Shown here: one piece after another, positions 36,843 through 50,400 of the stretch
Layout: each line of letters begins with the position of its first letter
How positions within the stretch are numbered: the stretch's first letter is position 1
Source: Ruditapes philippinarum
Lineage: Eukaryota
Reading direction: 5' to 3'
NCBI RefSeq assembly: GCF_026571515.1
Contig: NW_026857567.1
Location: forward strand, 62,001 to 126,000
Length of the DNA: 64,000 bases
Position numbers and translations under genes: made by a program
Notes under the pieces: generated by a model
What the model saw: only the letters and a program-made list of their open reading frames with translations
Told to the model about the DNA's origin: nothing
Databases searched by the model: none

Positions 36843-38485
36843 GTAACGTAGATTTCAGATCTAATAATGTAACACATTGGCTGCATATGAATAACAAATG
36901 TCTGTAAAATATATCAAAATCTGTAAATTCACTATCTAGAGGGACTTCCTAACCCAGGAAAATTCAAGGACCGTGCTAATTTTCAGTTAATTTCTTCAAA
37001 TTTAAAGATTCGTAGAAAGCAAAAATAGTCAATTTTGGAAATGATTATTCTATGTCTTCTTTCAAAGGATATATATCATATATAATATATTAGAGGTCGA
37101 ATGCATACACAAATGTTATATAAGCAATTTTTTTTCCAAAACATTCAACTTTCCATTTTCTTAATATTTGGAAAACTTATTGCTAGGCAGTTCTATATTT
37201 ATCCCCATATAAGATGTCACGTATGTTTCATGTTATTCAAATGTAAGTTAAGGTTGAGGAAACAATTCTTTTTTTTTGTAAAATAATTTATATTTATGGA
37301 TATTATTTTAACATTATTATACATAGAATGAAATACGGCCAGTAAGCTCATTGCAGAAAGGAATTAGTTGTTGCTGAGAACTTCAATATCTTGTAATATA
37401 TTTTTAACATTTCTGCTGGTACATCAACATATTATTAACATATCTTTTCTTTGTAAAATCATTTTGGTATCTTCTTACATCTAATACAAGGTAACCGTTA
37501 CTAACAGGCATGCTTATCCCAACTTTATCTTTAATTTTCAAAAATTGTTGAATTGTAAGTTGGAGTAACGTATGTTTCACACTAGCTTATTTATGAACCT
37601 TATCACGGAATTGAAATTTACATGTAAATTCGACTTTTTTATTTAGGAATCAAATGTACATCGTTGCATTATCATAAAAATGCGATTTTATGTTTTTATA
37701 TATGCATGTGTAAACAATATAAAGTCTGTTTGTACAATGATAAAAGTAACGTTTGTTTCACTGTGGTTACTTAAACAAGTTAAAACTCGACCAAAATTAA
37801 CAAAATTTACTTACTAATGTCAAATTGAAGTTAATGTTGCTGTTATACGTGCTTTCTGACTTCAATTTCCCTTTTGATAAACTTACTTTAAGAAGTTGAT
37901 AACGTATGTTTCTGTAACGTATGTTTCATTTTTACATTGAATGTGGGTTAAAAAATGACGCAAGACCGTTTAACCCGCCATTATTTGTGGTTAATATATC
38001 AGAGTTACACACATGTTAATTTTCTTTCTTGTTTGGATTCTTCTTTGAATGGATTGGCTCTTAAATAATGGTAACGTATGTTTCTTTTTAAATTGCTGTT
38101 GAAAAGATTTGAATAAAAAATGAAAATTTCCGAAAATAGAATGATATTTGAGAGGCTGCAAGCTTATTTTTACTTATAATTATACATATGCTGTATTATT
38201 AAGCATGCATCGATTCAATTATGTAATTTCGGTTTCACTTCTTATTGTTTTAGGTTTGTAATTATTCATTTGATATATGCATTTGGCAACATTTGATCAT
38301 CCATTATATCAATGAGATTTTAACAGTCAAATATAATTTTTACCAATAATCAAAGTGCATATACACACAGCAATGACTAATTGCACATGATTCCTTTATT
38401 CTGGAACTTATTTTTCTGAAACACAATTTCAAAGTTGAAAATTCTAGGTGGCGACAGTAACGTATGTTACATTTTAGGGCATTGA
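36843..38485. repeat. Dispersed same-orientation array of the 14-bp motif GTAACGTATGTTTC, probably the subterminal region of a DNA transposon
   Basis: Copies at 36843, 37216, 37565, 37746, 37899, 37914, 38071 and 38457 (0-2 mismatches). The last is GTAAC-GTAT-GTTAC followed by ATTTTAGGGCATTGA. Confidence 0.7.
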
Positions 38486-38987
38486 TGGTACTTGTAAAAG
38501 AAAAATAACAGATAGAAATGTAAAACTGAGAGAGTCCCTTTTAGACAAGGTGGCAGCCACCTTTCTAACGACATTTTGACCTCAAGAAAAACCTTCGTAT
38601 AAGAGCTACCCAGTGGAACATCAAATGCTGTGTTTTATTGAGAATGAGCGATACACGTTGGCGTTATTTCAATGTAATACATCTTTGATTACAACAGCGT
38701 TGTCAGTAAAAATCTCATCAACAAAAAACGTAACAGAGTCTGTAAAAATAATTTAGTATGCATTAAAGAAAGCGGTATTACAGAAAAGTGTAAAGACAAA
38801 TTATGTTTTATATTTATCTTCTCGTAAAAGAATTGGCTGCCAGACGGTAAATAAGCACCCACATAGTATGTTTTAGAAAATAAATGAGAAACTATTCAGG
38901 AAACGAGCTTAAGTTTGATTAGACAGAGTATTCTTATGACGGGGTATTATTTCATGAACTGTACAACTAAGAAAAAGTGTCATAACC

Positions 38988-41494
38988 TGGTCTCCTGTTT
39001 TGCTTAGTGATAATGTAAATGATGCCTGGAATATATTTAAACAGTTACTTTTATCTGTGATAGACAATATAGCACCTGTGAAACAGACCAGTATTAAACA
39101 GAGAACAGAACCATGGTTTGACTCAGACATTCTTAGTGTAATTAATGAAAGGGATAAAGCTTTTAATAAATATAAATGTGATAGAAACTGTGATAATTAT
39201 GATTCATTTAAGACTCTCAAGAACAAAGTTCAGTATCTTGTTGCCAAAGCAAAAAAGGAATATTTTACTAATACACTGGATGAGAACAAAAATGACTCAA
39301 CCTCTTTATGGAAAACTGTTAAAAATCTTGGTTTGCCTTCCAAGAAGGGTTCATCTTCAACCAGTTCAAATATTTGTTTAAATATTGATGATAATGTGTG
39401 TTTTGAAAAGAAACCTATTGCTGAATCATTTAACAAATTTTATACAATAGTTGCATTTAAACTTGTTGAAAAGTTGCCAGAAAGTATGCATAAATTTGGT
39501 ACGAATTTTGTTAATACTTTTTATGCAAACAAGGGTGTTTTTGCAAACAGTTTTTCTTTTTCCATTGTTTCTGAAAGTAAAGTTCTTAAATACTTAACTT
39601 CATTAGGTGTCAAAAAAGCTACTGGCTTAGATGGTATACCCTCACGTTTTATCAGAGATGGATCCCCAGTTATTGCTAGTCCATTAGCTCATATCATAAA
39701 CTTATCCCTTATCCAAGGTCAAGTACCTGATGATCTTAAATCTGCAAGAGTTGTTCCCCTCTATAAAAAGAACGACAAATTGTCTGTTGGTAATTACCGG
39801 CCTGTGTCCATTTTAAATGTTGTATCTAAAATCCTTGAAAAGGTGGTTAATGACCAGGTTGAAGCTTATTTTAAGGATAAAGATCTGCTGTATAAATTTC
39901 AATCAGGTTTCAGGAGTGGCTTCTCTACTGATACTTGTCTGATTCACCTTACAGACTTTATCAGGTATGAAAATGATAAAGGTAATGTTGTTGGTATGGT
40001 GCTGCTGGATTTGCAGAAAGCGTTTGACACAGTCGACCATTCCAATCTTTTAATGAAACTGCAAGCATCAGGTCTTAGTATTGACGTCCTAAATTGGTTC
40101 AAATCATATTTATCAGATAGACAGCAGCTTGTAGATGTCTCTGGTACTTATTCTTCCAATTCCAAAATAACATGTGGTGTTCCTCAGGGCTCAATCCTTG
40201 GACCCCTTCTCTTTTTAATTTATGTAAATGATATGTCAGCTGTGGTCAAAAATAAATTGCTTTTGTATGCTGATGATTCTGGTATCCTTGTATCTGGTAA
40301 AAGTTTATCTGTTGTTGAAAATGCATTGACAGATGATATGGAATTGGTCAGCCAATGGTTAGTGGACAATAAGTTGTCATTGCATTTGGGTAAAACCGAG
40401 TCAATTTTATTTGGGTCCAGGCAAAAACTTAGGTCACAATCTAACCTGCATATAACCTGTTCTGGTACATCCATTGAATCAACTTCATCTATCAAGTATC
40501 TTGGGATTACTATAGACCAAAATCTGTCATTTTGCGCCATGGCCGAGTCTGTTCTTAAGAAGGCCAACTCTCGGTTAAAATTTCTTTACCGCAAGAAAGA
40601 GTTTCTTACTCAGCATACAAGAAACTTCTGGTTATGTCTCTTATTCAGTGTCACTATGATTACGCATGCTCTGTTTGGTATAATAGCTTGACACAGTCTT
40701 TAAAAAATAAGTTACAAACTTGTCAAAACAAAATAATGAGATTTGTACTTGACTTGGACTCTAGAGCCCATTGACCCATCCCACTTTAAGTCCCTTAACT
40801 GGTTACCGGTCCACAAAAGAGTTGAACAGATAATGTTGTGTCATGTTTTTAAGATAAAAAATGGCCTATCTCCGGATTACATGTCTGAACACTTTATTTC
40901 ACAAGATTCCATTCATAATTATAGTACAAGACTTAGTCAAAAGGGTGGATATTTTCTACCTAAGGTCAAAGGCCAGGGTTCTAAATCATTTGCTTTCTCT
41001 GGTATTAAATTATGGAATGATTTACCTGTAAAGTTAACGGAGATCAACAGGTTACAAAGTTTTAAGGTTGCCATCAAAAGTCATCTTATGAACAGTATTT
41101 AATTTTTTTTAAACATGTTTTTACATATTTCGGCTCAGGATTTTAAATTGTCTTCCATTTATCTTATTACAATTTTAGTAATGTGTTTTAAATCCTAGCT
41201 GTAAACAGGAGTATCATTAACTCAAGATTTGACTGTGATATACATTTTTATGATTTATTAGTATTTTTAAACATGATCATATTAAGGTTTGCCTCTCTAT
41301 GTCATGCCGCCAATACAAAGGACCACAATGGAAATAAGAGCTTTTTTGCCCTTTTTTGTGTTATCCTTGGTTTTGGTGAGCATGTCATAGTTTTACTCGT
41401 ATGTGATATAGTATTTAATAATGCTCATTATTTTATCCTATGTTATATTGTCAACTATGTATATGCTTCCTTTGCCGTAATAAATCTATCTATC
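38988..41494 (+). mobile_element. 5'-truncated L2/Crack-type LINE
   Basis: Begins in mid-ORF2; 3' UTR stem region GGACCACAATGGAAATAAG...TTGTGTTATCC; ends AATAA(ATCT)n; candidate 5-bp TSD TAACC at 38983-38987 and 41495-41499. Confidence 0.85.
39000..41102 (+). pseudogene. Reverse transcriptase (ORF2, no endonuclease domain) with two 1-nt frameshifts
   Basis: NYRPVSIL, QSGFR, DLQKAFDTVDH, GVPQGSILGPLLFLIYVND, YADD. Frameshifts at ~40620 and ~40770; the intervening frame reads KLLVMSLIQCHYDYACSVW...NKIMRFVL. Confidence 0.92.
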
Positions 41495-42434
41495 TAACCA
41501 TAATATACATGTCAATTAGCAATACAATAATAATACAATAATGAAAATATTTTATATTGGAGCATTATGCATTAATATATTTCTCATTCTTCTGCATTGT
41601 AGTGCTTATACGTTAATTTTGTACCATGTATGGCAATCTAAAATTACGGTTTCGGGGTTTTCCTTGAAGTAAGAAATGTTCAGGAAACAAATGACAGTTT
41701 CGAGCACAATGCACACAAATAGTCTGTATCTACTATCATGTTAGGTATATATCTCAAACGGATAACGAGTTGCAAATCACTTCACTACAAAAATGAAATT
41801 ACTTTTTGTAAACGCGTCAGTTTTTCCACACCATGTGACATATGTGCGACACAAAACAGACTATAATGTGTCTATGTTATACAAATTATTTTGCATAATT
41901 GTAATGAGGTCTTGAGATGTGTTCGGGATATATTTATTTTAGAAGTGTTGTGGAGCCGATCTTTTTAGCTGATAATCAATTAACAAAACATTGACATGTT
42001 CTGTTAGAAAGACAGACTTGTGTAAGTTTCAGACAAATACACACTAGGTAATATATCTATAATTAAATGTGTTTTTTTAAGTTTACATATATTTTTATTT
42101 CAAACCTTTTTCAAAAACAAGTTTTATGTGACTCTAATGACTTTTTCTTTCCAAAATGATATGCTGGAATTTTTCGTTTTTCGTTAATAGTGAACAATCT
42201 GGCAATACGTTAGAAAATGAAAATGAAATGTCGATTAATTTGAATCAATGTTCCGATTCATCTGCTGACACAAGACGACTTATCCTTTTTATGTATCTAT
42301 TTTGTTTTAAATAAATGTGTAAAAGTGATTTGTTAAAGTATAGTATGCAATTGCGCTGCAACTACACTATATACAAAATGCATATAATACTTATCTGTTA
42401 AGTGTATGGCATGTTTATAACAATACTAATGCCC

Positions 42435-42660
42435 ATCTACTAGCCCCTCATCGCTGTTGGTTCGAGTCCCGTCAGTGACTTTGTATTCTTATGTAAGAAT
42501 TATAAAGAGGAAGATAGTCAGTAAGCTTACGGAACCTCGCTGATTATATTCTGGTTCCCTTTCGTGCATGAATAATACTTAGAGGAGCTTCACCAGTAAA
42601 ACTGCAAAGTCGTCAGATGTCCATTACGGAGTTTTTGCCACGTAAACTTCAACAATAAAT
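42435..42660 (+). mobile_element. Old degenerate copy of the Meta-type tRNA SINE
   Basis: GCCCCTCATCGCTGTTGGTTCGAGTCCC (B box), GAGGAAG...GCTTACGGAAC, CACCAGTAAAACTG and CGTAAAC match the family. Confidence 0.7.
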
Positions 42661-43012
42661 CTTTTTATATCAGACTGCTTATTTTGAATATATTTCTAAA
42701 TATACTAGTAAGTACTGTAAGTACTAGCGTTTTACAATAACAATAGCGACAGAATTATATTTAAGAGAAGTCTCATTAATTATCTTTTCAAAATTACTTA
42801 TCAGGCACATCAATGAATAAGTTCGATGAGTCAGAATAAATTCAATTATCTACGGTACACGTACACTTGTGTGTGCGTGAGTGCATATGTGTGTATAATT
42901 GTATTATCAAACACCTGAGATTTCTTTCACTTTCAGTTTTTCTTTCTGTGCAATTTTTATTATGCCACGGCTAGCTGCTATTTCGTAAGGTTTACATACT
43001 GAATAGAGAAAC

Positions 43013-43268
43013 TGAAATTCACCTAAAACTCTGAAACCATCAAAATTATTGCCCTTGCTTGAATTCAAGCATATAAACCCAATGTCCCTAACTGATTTTC
43101 AGGACAGTCGTGACAGATATTTGTTATTTTATTAATGATATGAAATTCACCTAAAACTCTGAAACCATCAAAATTATTGCCCTTGCTTGAATTCAAGCAT
43201 ATAAACCCAATGTCCCTAACTGATATTCAGGACAGTCGTGACAGATATTTGTTATTTTATTAATGATA
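43013..43268. repeat. Recent 128-bp tandem duplication
   Basis: 43013-43140 versus 43141-43268; one substitution seen (TGATTTTC vs TGATATTC). Confidence 0.95.
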
Positions 43269-43739
43269 TCAATGTTTCCAAATAGTGTTTATAATGCAAA
43301 AGTTGATTAAGTTTAACTACGTTTGACGCATCAGTTGACCCACCATGCGATTCATTTGAAACATATTCATCCTTTAAAACTTCTTCTTATCGGAACATTC
43401 GTGTATTAATACCAACGGCATTAAGCTATCATAAAAAGCTCCTCAGGTGAATCACCATGAACTACTTTTTGTATTTCATTCGAAAAGGCCAGTTTGAAAT
43501 AACAAGCTGCATTTACCCGAAATTTATCTTTTTATCAATAATTACATGAATTATTAACTTAAATATGTTAGAATCGAAAACGTGTCTGAACATTTGAAGA
43601 AATGTAACGAAAAAAATAAAATTAAATTTGAAACGTTGGTAAAAAAAATTACAACAGCCCTATAACAAAAGTCTATTAAATCTATTCAAGCGCACTTGAT
43701 TTTGGCTTTGTTACTTCTTACATAGGACCATCGAAACAA

Positions 43740-44460
43740 TGTGCCTTTGAAATATGAAAAAAAAATCAAAATAAATGTTGACACCCTTCACATTGACTCA
43801 CTGATCCCTTTCTCAATTTGAAGGAAATTGCATTTAAGATACTTGTCAATAACTAAAAGCTGCAAAAATATAAAATCACTAGTGACCTTCACCCAATTGA
43901 CCCGAACTCAATGCGAAGGAAGAAAACCAAGTAAGTAATCATCCTACTCAATATGAAAAGACATCAGTCAAAACTTGAACAAGCAAATGTGTAGAAATCT
44001 TATTTGCTAACTTTGACATTAACCCACTTACCTTACCGCTACATCACTTTATTCGAATCTTACCATCTGCCAATAATTAAAGAATGTATATGCAAAGGTG
44101 TATCAATCATAAAATACATCTGTCTAAAGTTTAGGTTATTTCTGTAAGTGTAAATATTTTTTTATTTATATTTTATTTATATATTTATTTGTTTATTTAT
44201 TTATCTATTTATTTATTTATATATCTATTTATTTATTTTGCAATCAATTTTGGTGACTTTGACCCAAAACTCAAAAACTAAATGCGAAAAAAGGACCATG
44301 TTATACACGAAAGGCACCACTATAAAAATATAGGCTGTATGAACAGAAAAAGTTTGGCTTTTAATACACCAAAGACCTTGACCTTAACTCAAATGACCAC
44401 TTACTTCACAAAATGAAAGCTGACAATTGAAGATAATCTACCAATATATTGAAGATATCA
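43740..44460 (-). repeat. Eroded HINE-type repeat units with a (TTTA)n tract
   Basis: GTGACCTTCACCCAATTGACC (43882) matches the reverse complement of the GGTCAGTTGGGTCAAGGTCAC unit at 27.8-28.3 kb; related motifs at ~44252 and ~44374. Confidence 0.45.
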
Positions 44461-44779
44461 TTAAATTAATGAAGTAATTAGAAGAAATAGAAGAAACCTG
44501 CAGGTTAAGGATTAAAAAACACTGGGAAAAATAAATGACACAGTTTTATTTCTTTGCAATATCATTTACGTTGCATTGATAAGTTAGTGTGCCATAAGGA
44601 CAGATGTACCTTAAGATACATCCAACTTGCAGGTTTAAGTAACTATTATGTAAGGGAGAAAGGCCGAGTGTCTGTCCATTTCTGAGAAGTAATGGAGACG
44701 AGGCCCCGAAGGATACATAATTTATCTAAAATGGACAGATACGAAACTTTCATCCACTTTCACACCAAGTCATTTTTTT

Positions 44780-44820
44780 AGCTCGACTTTTCTATGAAAA
44801 GGGGAGCTATCCTACTCGCC

Positions 44821-44852
<32 letters not shown>

Positions 44853-45764
44853 ACACCTTGGTTAAGTTTTCGTACCACCCACTTTATTTCAGAAGTATTA
44901 CAAGTATGGCTTTGAAACTTACCATACTTGTTCACCATCATAACCTCCATCTACAGACAAGAGTACATAACTCTGTCAAGGTTTTTGACAGAATTATGGC
45001 CCTTTTTTGACTTAGAAAGTGTATTGAGCTTGGTTAAGTTTTTTGTACCACCTCACTTTATTTCAAAACCATTGGAGGTATTGCTTTGAAACTGACCATA
45101 CTTGTTTACCATCACGACCTTCATCAACAGACAAGAGGACATAACTCTGTCAAGGTTTTTGACAGAATTATGCCCCTTTTTGACTTAGAAAATACATTGA
45201 ATATGGGTAAAATCCACTTATTGCCTTAACCCTTTGAGATATTGCTTTGAAACTTTTAATGCTATTTCACATCATTACCCCCATCTGTACGCAAAGAGAA
45301 GGTAACTCTGTCAGGATTTGTTTTAAAAATTAAGGCCTTTTATCGACTTAGAATCTTGGTTAAGTTTTTTGTACCAGTCAACTTTTTGACTGAACTGGTT
45401 GAGATATTAAATTGAAAGTTGGAATACTTGTTTACCATCATAGTCCCAAACATGGGCAGGAGAAGGTAATTCTGTTTAGGATTTTATTTGAATTATGGCC
45501 CTTTTTGACTTAGAAACTCAGTTAAAATTTTCATTCTTGTCCACTTGTTGACCTAACCATTTGAGATATTACTTTGGAAGTTGGAGTTCTTATGTGCCAT
45601 CATGAGACCTATCTGTAAGCAAGAGAAGATAACTCTGTGAAAATGTTTCTTGATTTGTACTTAGAAATTCCTAGTTAAAGTCTTGTGTGCCCTTAACTGT
45701 CAAAGTTTTGTTTTATAGGCAAGCACTAAAAAAGTCGAGCGCGCTGTCCTTCTGACAGCTCTTG
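44780..45764 (+). mobile_element. HINE-type element, family 4
   Basis: subTIRs GCTCGACTTTT / AAAAGTCGAGC, (GGCGTC)n microsatellite, ~5 units of 152-173 bp, 3' hairpin GCTGTC-CTTCT-GACAGC, end TCTTG in a T-run. Confidence 0.88.
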
Positions 45765-47386
45765 TTTTATTATCTGATAATGATTGATCAATGTTTTGCG
45801 TATGATAGAATTTAATAAGTGATTGGAACCCCTTTAAGTATCGTGTCTGTATCAAACTGGACAAAATTTTCGCACTAATAAAATACTAACACATTAACGT
45901 TTAGTAATGCAGAGTCTATTTACAATATTTTTTGAGTTTTGAGTACAGTCACTCAAACATTTTCTTTTGTGTAAATGACTTTAGTCAAAATATCTAGATC
46001 AGATTGTAACAACAGGCATTCATGTATACAGGGATATTAAACTATGAAAACGAATGCGACACTTAGTAACTGCATTGGGAATTTTTTTTTGTGTGTTTGC
46101 TTTGAAGTTTATTTAAATCTGTCATTCACAAATTTGCTTTTCGAAAATATGACAATGGGAATATTTATGCTGAAATTAATTCGAAAAAAATGTCACTGTA
46201 TGGTTTTATCAGGACTTCTTTGTTATATAAACCAATGCTGCTTTTTAATTTGACTTTATTATAAGTTTGTACATATGAATCGAATATAGATGATGAAACA
46301 CCAAGCTGCCAAAACAGCATTAAAAAATTAATCGTTCTAATAAATTAATAAAAAGTATGCATATTGAAAAGAAAATCATATATTTTATTATTTTAATTTG
46401 CTTTCAAATGATTTATACCCATGAAAAAATAAAGTTTCTGGTATAAGAGACACATAGTATTATATGCAGTGTCTATACTAGGATTTGAAATAAGGGGGTT
46501 GATTTTTATCAAAAAGTAAGAATTTACTGCATTTGTTGTTCTTTTCCTTCTTTCTCTATATAAAATTTTCCCCTATCTCTGGAAAAGGGGGGAATTCTAA
46601 AAAAATATGAGTGAATTCCCCCATCCACATACAATAGATACTGTATAGCTTAGCCACTTATATAATGCTTAGTAAATATGTCGAATTTTGTTTTTTAGAT
46701 TATGCATAGAATGCTTCGCATGTGCATGTACGTTTTTATTATTAAGTTGACTAGACTTCTTCTGCAAGTGTTCTAATTGATAAAATAATTTTATATTAAA
46801 AGATATTACTAATGCCACTTATTAGAGATTTTTCAGACTCGTAATAATCTGATAAGGACATAAATTCTTGATTTTTTTAATTCTTTGTCACAGATGATTG
46901 GACATTGTGTACATAAGCATGCCAAAGGTCTTTCAAGTTATTGAGACCTATTGCAATCAAGAAAAATAATAGACATTTATTGAAATGGATAATCCCAAAT
47001 GTGTAAACTATTTTAACTATTTTATTGTACTGTAAAGGACATGAACTTGGCCAAAATAGCAGCCATAGTTATGTAATTTGTCCAGATCAAGTACTTTGTA
47101 TTGATTTGTATATACACTGTGACGCCATTAGTTCTGGAAGAACTTTAGAAAAAACAACAAAAAATCTGGAAAAAAACAAACAATTGTATAAAAACTTAAA
47201 AAAAATTCATCTTGGATAATACATGAGAAAAAGCAATTTCAAATAAATACAATGAGACGCGTACAATATCTTCAAATATTATCACATGCAATGCTTGTAT
47301 TTTAACGATAAGCTAGATTTGGGTAATTGATAGAACATTTATTAATGAATTTTAATTCATTACGAATTTCAATGTTGTTTAAGCAA

Positions 47387-47422
<36 letters not shown>

Positions 47423-50400
47423 GACATTAGCATAAAATATCGCTATTTTTGCTTAAATTACCTGCTCTAAGTAGATCTAAATGTACTGACTGGCGATTAG
47501 GGTTAGTTTATGAATCTTATTTTATTTTTGAATTTGATTTTATGTCAGTCATATCTTGGCCTGTCTATCTAAATAAAATCTTAATCACTCAAGATGTTTT
47601 TAATCTGTTTGGACATCAAAACAATAACAAGCATTCCGTTCCCTTGTGAATGACTTTCATTATTTCTATTCTAAAATCACGACCTTGCTTCGACAATAAT
47701 TGTGTCAATGACAAATATGTACATGTAATCTTTACATGATGATTGTTAAAGTTTCAGAATCTGCTAATGTGATTATAACTTCTACATTACATTATCTAGA
47801 TTCCCCTTGGTATATTCACAAGAGAAAATGCCACACTCTAAATCTAACGTTTCTGTTGTTTTTATAATATGGTTAATTTTGTAACGGCAAAACTAATCTC
47901 ACAATAAATGATTATGTGTATAAAAGTACACTTTGAATCTTTCAGTCTTTCACTCTTTGTTATATATTACGGTTGCATTGCTTGTTACTGACTGTTTCGC
48001 GTCATTTTCCTTCGATCACGCCCGTATAGTTCAAGTGTTTTATACCTAATAAATTATGTAGTTTCCTTCTCTCAAAAGTATTTTATTTTAAATATTTTTT
48101 CCCCGGGGGAAAACATGAAGTTTTTAATTTAAACACCCAAAATTTTTTGGAATTTATCAACTTTTTAATAAAATACTATTTTAAAAATTAAAATTTAAAT
48201 TTTAAAAAATAAAAATTCGACCCACAAAATAATCCAAAATTTTTTTTTTTTCTTTTTCTTTTTCCAATTTGGGAAAAAACCCAATTAAAAACCCAAAGAA
48301 TATTAAAAATAAATCCGATAAATATGACTAAAAAGTCCAAAATCTTTCTGTTTTTTTCCCTTGAAAAGGGGTCCGATTCTATTTAAGATTTTTTGGGAAA
48401 CTCCCCAAAGCAATTGTAAATACGTTTCAAAAATTAAGTAATTTTGCGCTTTTTGACAATTTTTGTTTTTTTCTGATCGAAAGGGTTCAGGGAAAAAACA
48501 AAGCTTAAACCCTTTATCCTGAAAAAGGCGTTTTTAAAGACAAACCTTTTGAAAATAGCGGGTTAAATTTTGTTAAAAGTATCCCCAAAAAATTAACGCA
48601 GTGAAGTTAAATTTTTGGGGTTTGGCTTTTTAGGGAAATTTTCAAAAATGCGCAAAACCCAAATTTCGTGGATTTAATAGAATTTTTAATCAAAAAGAGA
48701 AAAGCTATTTTTAGGTTGTCGATTAAATACTCAGTTAAAAACAAAAACGTTTTACCCCAAATTAAACTTTAATGCGAGTTTAAAAATTATAATGTCGGAC
48801 TGTTTTTGCAAGGGAATTTTTTTCGCTATATAATTTACTCGATTGTTTAAAAAAAGGTTTTATCGGGGAACAAAATGCCCCCGAAAATAAAAATAATCCC
48901 AAAAACCCCTAAAAGCAAAATTTGGGAAAATTTTAAAATTTTGAACTACTTATTTTATTTAGGTTTTTTTCTTCGGTATGATTTTCCGTGGGGCAAGGGA
49001 AAAAAGCACTCCGCTTAGTCTGTGAGAGGTCTAGGGTTCAAATCGCAGTAGAGGTAACTATGCTTTTTCTTTCTTTATTTTTCAAGTGTCTTTGTTTAGT
49101 AAGTAGCCATGATGTGCAAGGATAAAGTGTGGCTGTCATAATAAAATGAAGATAAATGATTTTTTTTTATTCATCTCTAGTCATGCAAAATCCGTATGTA
49201 TCAAACTATGGTACCCTGCAAGACAAATTATAGTACATAAAAATAAACTTATACAGGAAAATACATACATATATGCAGTACGATTTAGATGGAAAAGATC
49301 AGAAAATAATACAAACCTTGCAGCCTTTTGATTGAACTTATGAGGTTGCAGCTATTTTAAATCATATACTATTCAATTATTTGAGCAATTTGCACATTGC
49401 GTCTAATTGGGCCAAAATGAATGGGGATCTTCCAAATTTTATTATGGTTTTGGTTTTGTGGAAAAACCAAAATTTCAAAAGGCTCCCTAAATATTAAAAA
49501 TTGATTTTAATAAAAAACAAAAGCTAATATTTTTAAAAAAAACATAAAAAAAGCCCCCCAAAAAAAAATACAAAAACCCTTTTTTCCTTTGAAAAGGGCT
49601 GAAAAAAAAACCCAAATTAAAAATTTTAGCATTTTGGGAATGGTGCTGAGAAAGGGAACCCATTAAAACCCAATTCCCCCTGTACAAAAAGGTTTGGGTT
49701 TTCTCCCTATACCCCCCGCCCCAAACTGAATTAATAGAAGGAAGGGATTATCCCCCATCTAATTTTAAATGAAACATATTTAATTTTAAACTGAAGACAT
49801 TCTTATTATTTTTTTTAAAGGCCCTTTTATTGATAGGAAAGACATTATTTTAAAAAGAAAAAAACTGTTATTAATATTTGAATTCAAGACATTAAGTTAT
49901 TTATTTAATACATTTGTAATAATTATACAAGTAATTAAGATGTTGTTTTTTGCTGGGACCGTAAATCAGGTTTCTTATTGGAAATATGAACATTTAATTT
50001 AGCAACTTCAGTTTTAAAGGCTGTTTAAACATGCAAAAAATAATTAGATATTTCTAATTGCTGGCTTCAAAATTTGATTTTCCATTATTTGAATTTGCTT
50101 TCGAAATTTAATTTTTGTAACAACTATCAGCATTTTATTCATTGCAACGATTTTTCCAGTTATTTATTTTACAAAATAAATGGAAACATTAGGTCCATGC
50201 TAACATTGTGTATTATGTATTCGAAACATCAGTTTGCATAGCACACTAAGAGTTTCGAAGTATAATTAAAAAAAATAAGGTTTTTGCACTAGAATTTTTT
50301 TTAATCAACGTGGAGTAACTGGCAAAAAAGTTTAAAAAATAATAACCGCTCCCTGACCGGTGTTCACAAATCTGATACTACGAAAACTAATCCGATCATG

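Larger units (their letters stand above)
34850..42000 (+). pseudogene. Decayed TLR relic split by a motif-rich insertion (~36.3-38.5 kb) and the L2/Crack LINE
   Basis: LRRs 'SYLNMTLNMLEHV' and 'DFTMDTFFPLTS' (~35000-35140); TIR box-1-like 'EYSYDG' (38926-38943) just before the LINE; box-2-like 'CLYVNFVPCMAI*NY' (from 41603) just after it. Confidence 0.5.
42150..48050 (+). pseudogene. Decayed TLR relic split by SINE, HINE and MITE insertions
   Basis: LRRs 'NIRVLIPTALSYHKKLLR*ITMNYFLYFIRKGQF' (~43394), 'YLNLSFTNLL' (~46110), 'LEIFQTRNNLIRT' (~46822); LRRCT start 'IEMDNPKC' (~46979); 'DWRLGLVYESYFIFEFDF' (ORF 47449); TIR 'SESANVIITSTLHYLDSPW' (47754-47810). Joining the 42-43.7 kb part to the same gene is inferred. 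Confidence 0.55.

Noticed and set aside
36843-38470. CRISPR array (short repeats with unique spacers)
   Set aside because: Repeat is 14 bp, spacers are mostly 140-370 bp and uneven, there are no cas genes, and the context is eukaryotic.
44640-44779. Crypton-like palindromic element hosting HINE family 4 (TCTGTCCATTT / AAATGGACAGA)
   Set aside because: An inverted repeat is present, but ends and family cannot be defined from one eroded copy.
46467-46644. hAT-like MITE (CAGTGTCTAT / ATAGATACTG)
   Set aside because: TIR match is only 9/10 bp and the 8-bp flanks differ, so it cannot be supported.
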